A stretch of DNA of 64,000 nucleotides from contig OZ253547.1 of assembly GCA_965262635.1 (NCBI GenBank), positions 3,445,514 to 3,509,513 of the forward strand. The letters are read 5' to 3'. Every line of letters begins with the position of its first letter. Position 1 is the first letter of the stretch. The notes below the pieces were generated by a model that was not told the origin of the DNA, ran no database searches, and was given only the letters and a program-made list of their open reading frames with translations. This DNA is from Candidatus Versatilivorator sp. Lineage in GTDB: Bacteria > Acidobacteriota > Terriglobia > Versatilivoradales > Versatilivoraceae. The translations under genes and the position numbers were made by a program. Shown here in pieces: positions 56,231 through 64,000 of the stretch.

Positions 56231-59173
56231 TTGAACGACGGGATGAATCCAAAAGTGTCCCGGGTTTCTGAGCCACTCCCGACCCGGGTGTTGCCAGGAC
56301 GCCCTCCCCCATCCCAACCAGTTGCCAAGACATCATCCATGGCCTCACCCGTACCAGGCAATTCCGTTCCAACCCAATGGGTAAGCTCCACCCTCGACCG
56401 GCTCCCCCTGGAGGCCAAGCTCGGCCAACTCATCATGCCGGCTATGCGTGGGATTCACCTGAATGAAGCCAGTGCCGAATACAAGCAACTGAAGCATCAG
56501 ACACAGCAACTCGGCGTGGGCGGTTTCATTCTATTCGAGGGAGATATTTACGAGTCAGCCGTCCTCATCCACCGACTGCAGTCCCAGGCGCCGATTCCCT
56601 TGCTGATTGGATCCGACTTCGAGCGCGGAGCCGCCTTCCGCATTCGCCACACCCTCCCCCTGCCCTGGAACATGGCCGTGGGAGCCACCCGATCGGAGCA
56701 ATGGGCCTGCTGGCAGGGACGGGTCACCGCCCAGGAAGCCCGAAGCCTGGGGGTCAACTGGGTGTTTGCGCCGGTGGTGGATGTCAACAACAATCCGGCC
56801 AACCCGGTCATCAACATTCGATCCTACGGAGAGGACCCTCAAACAGTGGGCCGTCTGGGTGCGGCATTTGTCACGGGAGCCCAGCAGGCCGGGGTGCTGG
56901 CAACGGCCAAGCATTTTCCGGGTCACGGCGATACCGAGGTGGATTCCCATCTGTCTTTGCCGGTGATTTCCGTGCGGCGCCCACGGTTGGAACGGATCGA
57001 GTGGGTTCCCTATCGGGAGGTGATCGGGGCCGGTGTCATGGCGATCATGACGGCTCATGTAGCCATCCCGGCCTTGGAGAAAGACCCCACCCGACCGGCC
57101 TCGCTTTCGGCCGCGGTACTGGAACAGGCCTTGAGGAACGAACTGGGGTTTCGGGGCTTGATCGTAACGGACTCCATGAAGATGCGGGGACTGACCCGAG
57201 GATACTGGAGCGGCGAAGCGGCGGTTCAGGCTATTCAGGCCGGTGTCGACGTGCTCCTGGACCCACCCGATGCCCAGGTCATCTTTGGCGCACTGCTGGA
57301 GGCGGTGAAGAATGGCCGCCTTTCCGAGGCCCGCGTGGACCGATCGGTAGAGCGGGTCCTGCAAGCCAAGGCCTGGCTGGGCCTGAGCCGCAGGAAGCGG
57401 ATCGACTTCCGGCGCCTGGCTCGGACAATGAATGCTCCCGCAATCCACGCTCAAGCCCAACATTTGGCCGATGCTTCCGTCACTCTGGTGAGAGACGCCG
57501 TGTCTCGGGTTCCGGTGGATGTCCGTGGAATCCGCTCGGCCCATTTGATTGTCGTTTCCGCCAGCCCATCGCCGGGGGCTGCCGCCGAACTGGAAGGTCA
57601 ACTGAGGACTCGACTCGATGCTGTGACCGTGGATCGCCTCTCCTCTGAAGCTGCTCCCTCCCTGCTGAACCAGGCCAGATCCAGGGCCAGGAAGGCGGAT
57701 CTCTGTCTGGTGGCCCTGTTTGTTCCGCTTGTGACCGGGACCGGCCGCCTCGGACTGCCAACTCCTCTGGCGGATTGGTTGAAGGGGCTGGTCCGGGCCA
57801 ATCCCTCCGCGCTTTTGATTTCCCTGGGCGACCCCTACCGGATTCAGCAGCTTTCGTTCTTCCCAACCTACCTGTGCACCTACAGCCACGTAGCCACTTC
57901 CCAGAGGGCGGCAGTCAAGGCGCTCTTTGGAGAAATTCCGCTGGCAGGCGAGCTGCCGGTGTCCATTCCGGGCGTGGCCGCACGGGCTACCGGTCTCAAG
58001 CGGGAAGCGTTGCCGATGGTCCTGGGAAAACCCCGGCTGGTCGGAGCGAACCAGGCCCGACAGGGCATCCTGGTCCTTCGAAAACAGCTCCAGCAGATTG
58101 TCCGGCAATTCATCGCCCTTCAAGCCTTTCCGGGAGCCTCCTTGGCCGTGGGCTACCAGGACAACCTGCTGGTGCGTCAAGGCTACGGCAGGTTGGATTA
58201 CGGATCGACCAGTCCTTCGGCAAAGCCGCATACCATTTACGACCTGGCATCGCTCACCAAGGTGGTGTGCACCACCACCTTGGTCATGCAGGCCTGCGAG
58301 CGGGGGGATATAGACCTGGAAGACCCCCTCGGCCGCTACTTTCCGGAGTTCCGGGTGGGCGGAAAACACGAGGTCACACTCAAGCATCTGTTGACCCATT
58401 CCTCGGGACTTCCGGCACACTTTCCCCTTTACGCACACACCAGCGGAAAGGAACACATTCTTCGACGGATTCTGGAAATTCCCCTGGAGCACCGGCCGGG
58501 AAGTCGCAGCCTCTACAGCGACCTGGGCTTCATTCTGCTGGGGGGCGTCCTGGAAAGGGTTTGTGGACAGAGCCTCGACAACCTGGCTCGCGAGCGGATC
58601 TTCCAACCCCTGGGAATGCGTCGCACCGGCTTTCAACCCCCTTCCGCCTGGAGGCCCCGCATCGCTCCCACGGAAATCGACCCCTGGAGAAAACGCCTGC
58701 TCCGGGGTGAAGTTCATGATGAAAACGCCTATGCGATGGGAGGAGTGGCTCCCCACGCCGGACTGTTCGGCACAGCAACAGACCTGGGAGTCTTTTGTCA
58801 GACTCTCCTGAACGGCGGCGTCTACAATCATCGCCGAATCGTGAAGCAGAGCACGTTGGAAGCTTTCACCCGACGTCAGGCCCAGCCATCCGGCAGCACT
58901 CGAGCCCTCGGTTGGGACACCCCTTCGCCCAAGGGCTCCTCGGGTGACAAGCTGTCGAGGCAGTCCTATGGTCATACGGGATTTACCGGAACCTCCCTTT
59001 GGATCGATCCCCAGCGCCGGCTCTTCATCGTTTTCCTGACCAATCGGGTGCACCCCTCCCGGGAGAACGGCGCCATCCAGTCAGCCCGGCGTCAGGTGGC
59101 CGATACCGTGGCGGAGGCTGTGGATAAAATGGGGATGATTCAGACAGATACCGGACAGGGTGACGGGACATGA
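56231..59173 (+). CDS. bifunctional glycoside hydrolase family 3 (NagZ-like beta-N-acetylhexosaminidase) / beta-lactamase-family serine hydrolase
   Basis: 980 aa; GH3 N-terminal domain (KHFPGHGDT, catalytic D in TDSM); C-terminal class-C beta-lactamase/PBP motifs ASLTK (SxxK), YSD. The true start may be downstream of 56231. Confidence 0.85.
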   Translation: MNDGMNPKVSRVSEPLPTRVLPGRPPPSQPVAKTSSMASPVPGNSVPTQWVSSTLDRLPLEAKLGQLIMPAMRGIHLNEASAEYKQLKHQTQQLGVGGFILFEGDIYESAVLIHRLQSQAPIPLLIGSDFERGAAFRIRHTLPLPWNMAVGATRSEQWACWQGRVTAQEARSLGVNWVFAPVVDVNNNPANPVINIRSYGEDPQTVGRLGAAFVTGAQQAGVLATAKHFPGHGDTEVDSHLSLPVISVRRPRLERIEWVPYREVIGAGVMAIMTAHVAIPALEKDPTRPASLSAAVLEQALRNELGFRGLIVTDSMKMRGLTRGYWSGEAAVQAIQAGVDVLLDPPDAQVIFGALLEAVKNGRLSEARVDRSVERVLQAKAWLGLSRRKRIDFRRLARTMNAPAIHAQAQHLADASVTLVRDAVSRVPVDVRGIRSAHLIVVSASPSPGAAAELEGQLRTRLDAVTVDRLSSEAAPSLLNQARSRARKADLCLVALFVPLVTGTGRLGLPTPLADWLKGLVRANPSALLISLGDPYRIQQLSFFPTYLCTYSHVATSQRAAVKALFGEIPLAGELPVSIPGVAARATGLKREALPMVLGKPRLVGANQARQGILVLRKQLQQIVRQFIALQAFPGASLAVGYQDNLLVRQGYGRLDYGSTSPSAKPHTIYDLASLTKVVCTTTLVMQACERGDIDLEDPLGRYFPEFRVGGKHEVTLKHLLTHSSGLPAHFPLYAHTSGKEHILRRILEIPLEHRPGSRSLYSDLGFILLGGVLERVCGQSLDNLARERIFQPLGMRRTGFQPPSAWRPRIAPTEIDPWRKRLLRGEVHDENAYAMGGVAPHAGLFGTATDLGVFCQTLLNGGVYNHRRIVKQSTLEAFTRRQAQPSGSTRALGWDTPSPKGSSGDKLSRQSYGHTGFTGTSLWIDPQRRLFIVFLTNRVHPSRENGAIQSARRQVADTVAEAVDKMGMIQTDTGQGDGT

Positions 59174-60339
59174 AGCGACTTGCAGTGACCGCCGGCAGAG
59201 TGATGACTCCCGACCGGGTGATTCTGGATGGCGTGGTTCTGGTGGAAGGTCCCAAGATCCTGGAAGTCGGGAGCCGGCGGGCCGTGCGATTTTCCCGGGA
59301 CGAATTCCAGGTTGTGGGCCACTCCCAACAACTGCTGGCTCCAGGTTTCATCGATGTGCACACCCACGGTGCGATGGGGCGAGACGTGATGGAGGGAACG
59401 GACGAGGCGCTTGAGGTGATTTCCCGGTTCCTGGCCGCCCACGGCACCACATCCTTCCTGGCAACTACGGTCACGGCTTCTCCCATTGCGACCCTGCAAG
59501 CCGTGGAAGCCCTGGGCAGCCAGGTGGATCGACCCTTGCCGGGCGCCCGCATGCTGGGTCTTCACCTGGAAGGGCCATTCATCAATCCCGAAAAGCGGGG
59601 GGCCCATACCGCCAAGTACATTCGCCGTCCTTCTACGCTCATCTTTGACCAGTTGCTGGCCTGCTCCAGCCATCAGATCAAACTGATAACGGTGGCTCCG
59701 GAAGTCGAGGGTGGCCTGGAATTGATCCGGTTTGCCCGTGCCAAAGGGGTCGTCGTCTCTCTGGGCCATTCCAACGCCACCCTGGAAGAAACCATGGCAG
59801 CCATCGCTTTGGGCGCCGGCAACGCCACCCACACCTTCAATGCCATGAGACCCTTCAGCCATCGCGACCCGGGAATCCTTGGCGCCGTCCTGACCGCTCC
59901 GGAGATCTGGGCCGAGTTGATTGCCGATGGGGTACACGTTTCGCCCGCCGCCATCAAGCTTTGCATTCAGTGCAAGAGCGCCCGAAGGATCCTGTTGATC
60001 AGTGACGCCGTCAGCGCTACCGGCATGCCGGAGGGACAGTACCGGCTGTCCGATATCGAAATCACGCTTTCAGGAGGCATTTGTCGAACCCGGGAGGGGC
60101 AGCTGGCGGGCAGCACTCTGACTCAGGATCAAGCCCTGCGAAACATGGTCCGCTGGAGCCATCTGCCGCTGGAAGCCGTGCTCGGCATGCTTACCCGCAA
60201 TCCGGCCCAATCCCTGGGAATTGCCGAAAGCAAAGGAACCCTGGCAGAGGGCCGAGACGCCGACATGGTGCTTCTCGACCGGAACCTCAGGGTACACACC
60301 ACCATCATCCAAGGGGAGGTGAGCCACACCGTTGGATAA
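59170..60339 (+). CDS. nagA: N-acetylglucosamine-6-phosphate deacetylase
   Basis: 389 aa; APGFIDVHTHG metal-binding motif; 4-nt overlap with the upstream GH3 gene. Confidence 0.9.
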   Translation: MKRLAVTAGRVMTPDRVILDGVVLVEGPKILEVGSRRAVRFSRDEFQVVGHSQQLLAPGFIDVHTHGAMGRDVMEGTDEALEVISRFLAAHGTTSFLATTVTASPIATLQAVEALGSQVDRPLPGARMLGLHLEGPFINPEKRGAHTAKYIRRPSTLIFDQLLACSSHQIKLITVAPEVEGGLELIRFARAKGVVVSLGHSNATLEETMAAIALGAGNATHTFNAMRPFSHRDPGILGAVLTAPEIWAELIADGVHVSPAAIKLCIQCKSARRILLISDAVSATGMPEGQYRLSDIEITLSGGICRTREGQLAGSTLTQDQALRNMVRWSHLPLEAVLGMLTRNPAQSLGIAESKGTLAEGRDADMVLLDRNLRVHTTIIQGEVSHTVG

Positions 60340-61600
60340 GATCCTGGTCAAAGGAGGTACCGCGCTGAGGGGTCGGGTCACCGTCAGCGGCGCCAAGAAC
60401 GCGGCCCTGCCGGCCATGGCGGCATCCCTGCTGACCGACGAGCCCGTCAGACTGCGCAATTTGCCCAAGGTCCGCGACATTCAAACCACCGGTCGTCTCC
60501 TTCAGGAAATGGGCTGTCAGGTCGATTTGAAAGACCTGCAGGAGAGCCATGGCTGTGAATTGATTGCCCGACATCCGATCTCCTGCGTAGCCCCTTACGA
60601 GAGGGTCAAGACCATGCGTTCTTCGGTGCTGGTCCTGGGGCCTCTGCTGGCCCGCTTCGGCCGGGCCCGCGTGTCTCTGCCCGGAGGGTGCGCCATTGGA
60701 GCCCGTCCCATAGACCTCCACATCAAGGGGTTGAAGAAACTTGGCGCCAGCCTGACCATCCAGCATGGATACGTCGAGGCCAAGGCGCCCCGACTGAAGG
60801 GAGATAAGGTGGTCTTCGACCGGGTCACGGTCACCGGGACCGAAAACCTGATGATGGCGGCTTGCCTGGCGAAAGGCGAGACGATCCTGCACAACGCCGC
60901 CCGCGAACCCGAGGTGGCCGATCTGGCCGATCTGCTGCGCTCGATGGGCGCCCGGATCGAGGGAGACGGCAGCAGCACCATCCGAATTCAGGGCAGGCCG
61001 CAGTTGGGCGGGGCCGACCACACCATTATTCCCGACCGCATCGAGGCGGGGACCTTCATGGTGGCTGGAGCCATCACCGGCGGTGCCGTCGAGCTGGTCG
61101 ATTGTCGTCCCGACCATCTGACGGCCGTAATCGAGAAGCTGGAAGAAACCGGCATCACCATCGAACGCACCCGGCCGGACGCCTGCCGGGTCACGGCCCC
61201 CCGACGACTTCAGCCCAGGGATGTCACCACCATGGAGTACCCGGGGTTCGCTACGGATATGCAGGCCCAATACATGGCGCTGATGACCCAGGCTCACGGG
61301 GCTTCCATTATCACCGAGACCATCTTCGAGAGTCGTTTTTTGCATGCCAGCGAGCTGGTGCGGATGGGGGCCAGCATCAGGATCGAGGGCAACCGGGCCG
61401 TCATCTCAGGTCGCCGGGATCTGACGGGGGCCAAAGTGCTGGCCTCCGACCTGAGAGCCAGCGCCTCCCTGATCCTGGCAGGACTGGTTGCCAGAGGAGA
61501 AACTCTGGTTCACCGGGTATACCATCTGGACCGTGGCTATGAAGCCATCGAGGAAAAGTTGAGGAAACTGGGGGCAAGGATTCAGCGAATCACCGATTGA
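60332..61600 (+). CDS. murA: UDP-N-acetylglucosamine 1-carboxyvinyltransferase
   Basis: 422 aa; MDKILVKGGTALRGRVTVSGAKNAALP canonical MurA N-terminus and active-site Cys region. Confidence 0.95.
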   Translation: MDKILVKGGTALRGRVTVSGAKNAALPAMAASLLTDEPVRLRNLPKVRDIQTTGRLLQEMGCQVDLKDLQESHGCELIARHPISCVAPYERVKTMRSSVLVLGPLLARFGRARVSLPGGCAIGARPIDLHIKGLKKLGASLTIQHGYVEAKAPRLKGDKVVFDRVTVTGTENLMMAACLAKGETILHNAAREPEVADLADLLRSMGARIEGDGSSTIRIQGRPQLGGADHTIIPDRIEAGTFMVAGAITGGAVELVDCRPDHLTAVIEKLEETGITIERTRPDACRVTAPRRLQPRDVTTMEYPGFATDMQAQYMALMTQAHGASIITETIFESRFLHASELVRMGASIRIEGNRAVISGRRDLTGAKVLASDLRASASLILAGLVARGETLVHRVYHLDRGYEAIEEKLRKLGARIQRITD

Positions 61601-61652
61601 GACCCAATCGGCCCGTGCGGCTTGATCGGCTGGGGTATAATCCGAGGGTTTC

Positions 61653-62180
61653 TTGGGTGACTTGACTAAAAAGGGGCTTGGTACCATGCCAGATCGCGGA
61701 GATGGGATATTGTCGGCCTTGTCGGACTTCGTTAAGGAATACAACTGCCCGGCGTGTGGCTCGGCAATGAAGGTGGCGCCCGTTTGGGATTTCGTTCTCG
61801 GCAAGGGGTGGTCAGCCTGTGGGCACTGCTGGAAAACCTTCCGGCTCAAGGAAGGCGCCCAACTCGAAGGCTATAGCGTCAGGGTCGAGGACCTCGAGCC
61901 GGCTTCCCAGGAGGCGGACGCCAACAACGCCAGCAGCTTTGTGTGGAACGTCGTCAAACTGGAGAGCAGCCGGGTAGCGGCTGTGGACTTCTTCGTGAGC
62001 GTTGCCTTTACCGCATTTTTTGACGGCCTGGAGCGAAACTACCCGGTCCTCAACCAGCAGGACTTCGACGTCACCTGGCGGTACCTTTCCCAAGCTGGAG
62101 CCTTCGCCGTCGACAGTCTCGACACCCGCATCATCGCCGACGCCTTCGAAAAGGTGGAACGCTACAAACCGACGAGTTGA
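61653..62180 (+). CDS. hypothetical protein with CxxC...CxxC zinc-ribbon
   Basis: 175 aa; CPACGS...CGHC. Confidence 0.45.
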   Translation: MGDLTKKGLGTMPDRGDGILSALSDFVKEYNCPACGSAMKVAPVWDFVLGKGWSACGHCWKTFRLKEGAQLEGYSVRVEDLEPASQEADANNASSFVWNVVKLESSRVAAVDFFVSVAFTAFFDGLERNYPVLNQQDFDVTWRYLSQAGAFAVDSLDTRIIADAFEKVERYKPTS

Positions 62181-62557
62181 TCTCCAGTCCAACCGTCTGG
62201 CGAAAGCAAGGTGCCTGCCCTGAGAGGTGCCGCCAGGCTCGCTCAGCCAGGCTCGACCCATGCCACCGATCCTCTTCCGAAGTCGCCGAGTTTCCAGGAA
62301 AAGCCTGTGCCGGGTCGGCAGGATGCAAACAGAAAGAGACCGGCTTCATGACGGCTCGTGAACAAAGCGGCTGGCCGGCCCAAGAGAAGGGCGCTTTCTC
62401 GGCTCTCCCCAGGATCTCCGGCAACCGCAACCCTGTGAAGGGGCCAGCACTGCCCCGGGGACACCATCCATCCTTGTTTCACCCGCCACGAATCTCATAA
62501 CTCCTCCACCATCTCCAGCCGTTGCCCGGTTCCCGTACCTGCCGAGGCCCCATTCCG

Positions 62558-62776
62558 TCAGGGTCCAGTCTCGCTGTCATTACCCTCGGGTCTGGAGGTA
62601 GCCGCCGGCCAAACCCAAGCCGGAGGCAGCATCACCTTCGCGGTTGCCAACGGTTCCTATCGCCTCTCGGTAGCCGCTTCAGGCTTTGCGACCTTCCAGG
62701 GGGAACTGGCGCTCCATTCGGCCGAGACGCCAGACCTGGTGATGGAAATGCAGCTTGGCTCCCTTTTGAGCACCTG
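62558..62776 (+). pseudogene. remnant encoding a CarbopepD_reg-like domain (N-terminal fragment of a TonB-dependent receptor)
   Basis: ...PSGLEVAAGQTQAGGSITFAVANGSYRLSVAASGFATFQGELALHSAETPDLVMEMQ resembles the N-terminal domain of the receptor at 16140. No start, and it ends inside the 21-bp direct repeat. Confidence 0.45.
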
Positions 62777-62790
62777 AATTCCCTATTTGT

Positions 62791-63168
62791 CTACACGCTA
62801 ACCTTGAGGTTGCGCCGCAGCCATGGTTCCAGATTGTCAAAGCGGAACGTTCCTGCTTCGTACAGCCGGAGAATGAAGGCGTAGGCCTCTTCCGCCTCGG
62901 TAGTGAGTTGTGCATCGTTGATCGCCAGAAACGTGTAGGTGGCGGCAAAGGCCGTGCGCTTGTTGCCGTCGAGGAACGGATGGTTTTGGGAAAGACTCTC
63001 CCACAGCGCGGCGGCTTCCTCGACGAGATCGGCATAGTAGCCGGTTTGCGGTCGATAGAGTGCCGCCTCCAAAAGGCCCGCATCCCGGACGCCGTGCGAT
63101 CCTCCGTATCGCTCGATCTGATCGGCGTGAATGGCGAGAACTTCCGCCAGCGTGAGGTAGTCCGTCAT
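62791..63168 (-). CDS. doc: Doc (death-on-curing) Fic-fold toxin
   Basis: 125 aa; HPFLDGNKRTA Doc/Fic motif. Confidence 0.8.
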   Translation of the reverse strand: MTDYLTLAEVLAIHADQIERYGGSHGVRDAGLLEAALYRPQTGYYADLVEEAAALWESLSQNHPFLDGNKRTAFAATYTFLAINDAQLTTEAEEAYAFILRLYEAGTFRFDNLEPWLRRNLKVSV

Positions 63169-63392
63169 TTCGCGAGCTTCTTGTAGAGCTCGTCGTACTT
63201 GTCATGGCTGGCGAGATAGGCGGCCATGACGTGCGGCCGTGGTCGGGCCTGTTTGCGCTTCTCGATCAGGTCGGTCAGCGCCTCGTCCACGAGCGCTTGC
63301 AGCAGGCGGCCCTCCTTCTCCGCGATGGCGCGGATAGTGGCTAGAATCTCAGCGTTGACCTGGGTGGCGAATTTCTCACGAGTCTGGGGCAT
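63165..63392 (-). CDS. Phd/RHH-type antitoxin partner of Doc
   Basis: About 75 aa from MPQTREKF; 4-nt overlap with doc; small acidic C-terminus. Confidence 0.6.
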   Translation of the reverse strand: MPQTREKFATQVNAEILATIRAIAEKEGRLLQALVDEALTDLIEKRKQARPRPHVMAAYLASHDKYDELYKKLAK

Positions 63393-63716
63393 GGGACATC
63401 CTTCCTTAACGAACCCCAGAGTACCATGATAAATCATGATATATCAAGATATGCGTCTTCCTGCCTGGACTCCATCAGGAATAAACTCTTTGCGGGTCTA
63501 TTTTCGGTACACTCCCAGGAGTATCCGGATCAGATTGCGCGCTGCCCTGCAGTTTGCACCTTTTCGGGGCCGTCTCCGGGAGGGAAACGGGACCGTCTCT
63601 GGGAGCCCGTCAGGCAGAGTAGGAGACATCGAGGTCCATTAACGGTTGGGTATAACTGTAATTCCATCGACCCGAAACTTGGTGCTTGTTTCCTTATCTG
63701 CTTCATTTCCGGTTGA

Positions 63717-63908
63717 TTACCGTATAGAACGAAAATTACTCCATACATGACACTAGCTGTACTCACGAGGCGAGTGCAGCTAGCGGGGATAGAAAACCTG
63801 GGCGACAAGTTCTATTTTGAGCACCTGAATTCCCTGAATCCCTTCACCCGTGAGAGAATTTCGGAGTTGGGCCGTAATGTCTTTGTGGGTGTGACCAAGC
63901 ATTGGTAA
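63717..63908 (+). pseudogene. C-terminal remnant of a TonB-dependent receptor barrel
   Basis: ...IENLGDKFYFEHLNSLNPFTRERISELGRNVFVGVTKHW* has the xNLxDKxYxxHLS...GRNxxVGVxxxW C-terminal signature ending in an aromatic residue. No upstream barrel. Confidence 0.5.
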
Positions 63909-64000
63909 AACCGAGGGGCAGGGGCTTTTTGGTTGGCGCCCCCCGGGATGCCGTGAGGTTGCGATGGTTCGGCCAGGAATTCTCTCAGGTCTATGGATTT

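Overview
This is a high-GC (~62-65%) bacterial chromosomal window. The gene content points to an Acidobacteria/Planctomycetes-like soil bacterium, but that is inference: there is a PSCyt1/DUF1549/DUF1553 + DUF1501 secreted pair and there are CarbopepD_reg-type TonB-dependent receptors. The housekeeping backbone includes gpsA, cinA, pgpA, yacG, rimO, gcvPA/gcvPB, nagA and murA, plus a DegT aminotransferase, a Gfo/Idh/MocA oxidoreductase, a threonine dehydratase, M20 peptidases and a GT9 heptosyltransferase. Five accessory segments interrupt it.
(1) A ~4.6 kb islet sits at tRNA-Val(GAC). It is closed by a 15-bp direct repeat of the tRNA 3' end (att-like). It carries a methyltransferase, MITE-like inverted repeats, a low-GC orphan ORF, an orphan hicB, an intact higA and a decayed higB.
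(2) A family of modular noncoding repeats occurs at three loci. One copy is split by an IS1634-family element whose 9-bp target-site duplication is confirmed against an uninterrupted paralogous copy.
(3) Tandem ~218-bp hairpin-containing repeats abut tRNA-Ser(GGA).
(4) The centrepiece is a ~12 kb operon of three translationally coupled giant genes at 43196-55287. The first is a PLD-nuclease/SNF2-helicase fusion. The second is a ~1340-aa gamma-class N6-adenine DNA methyltransferase that ends in a LexA-type S24 autopeptidase domain. The third is a ~1250-aa reverse-transcriptase-nitrilase fusion (DRT1/UG1-like), whose nitrilase domain is split by an IS630-family insertion with TA duplication. An IS481/IS3-like transposase fragment flanks the locus upstream. 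I do not recognise this gene combination as a described defence system and propose it as the candidate novel system.
(5) A Doc/RHH toxin-antitoxin pair is inserted between the N- and C-terminal remnants of a TonB-dependent receptor gene, flanked by a perfect 21-bp direct repeat.
No CRISPR arrays or rRNA genes were seen. All calls rest on reading the sequence and ORF translations by eye; no database searches were run.
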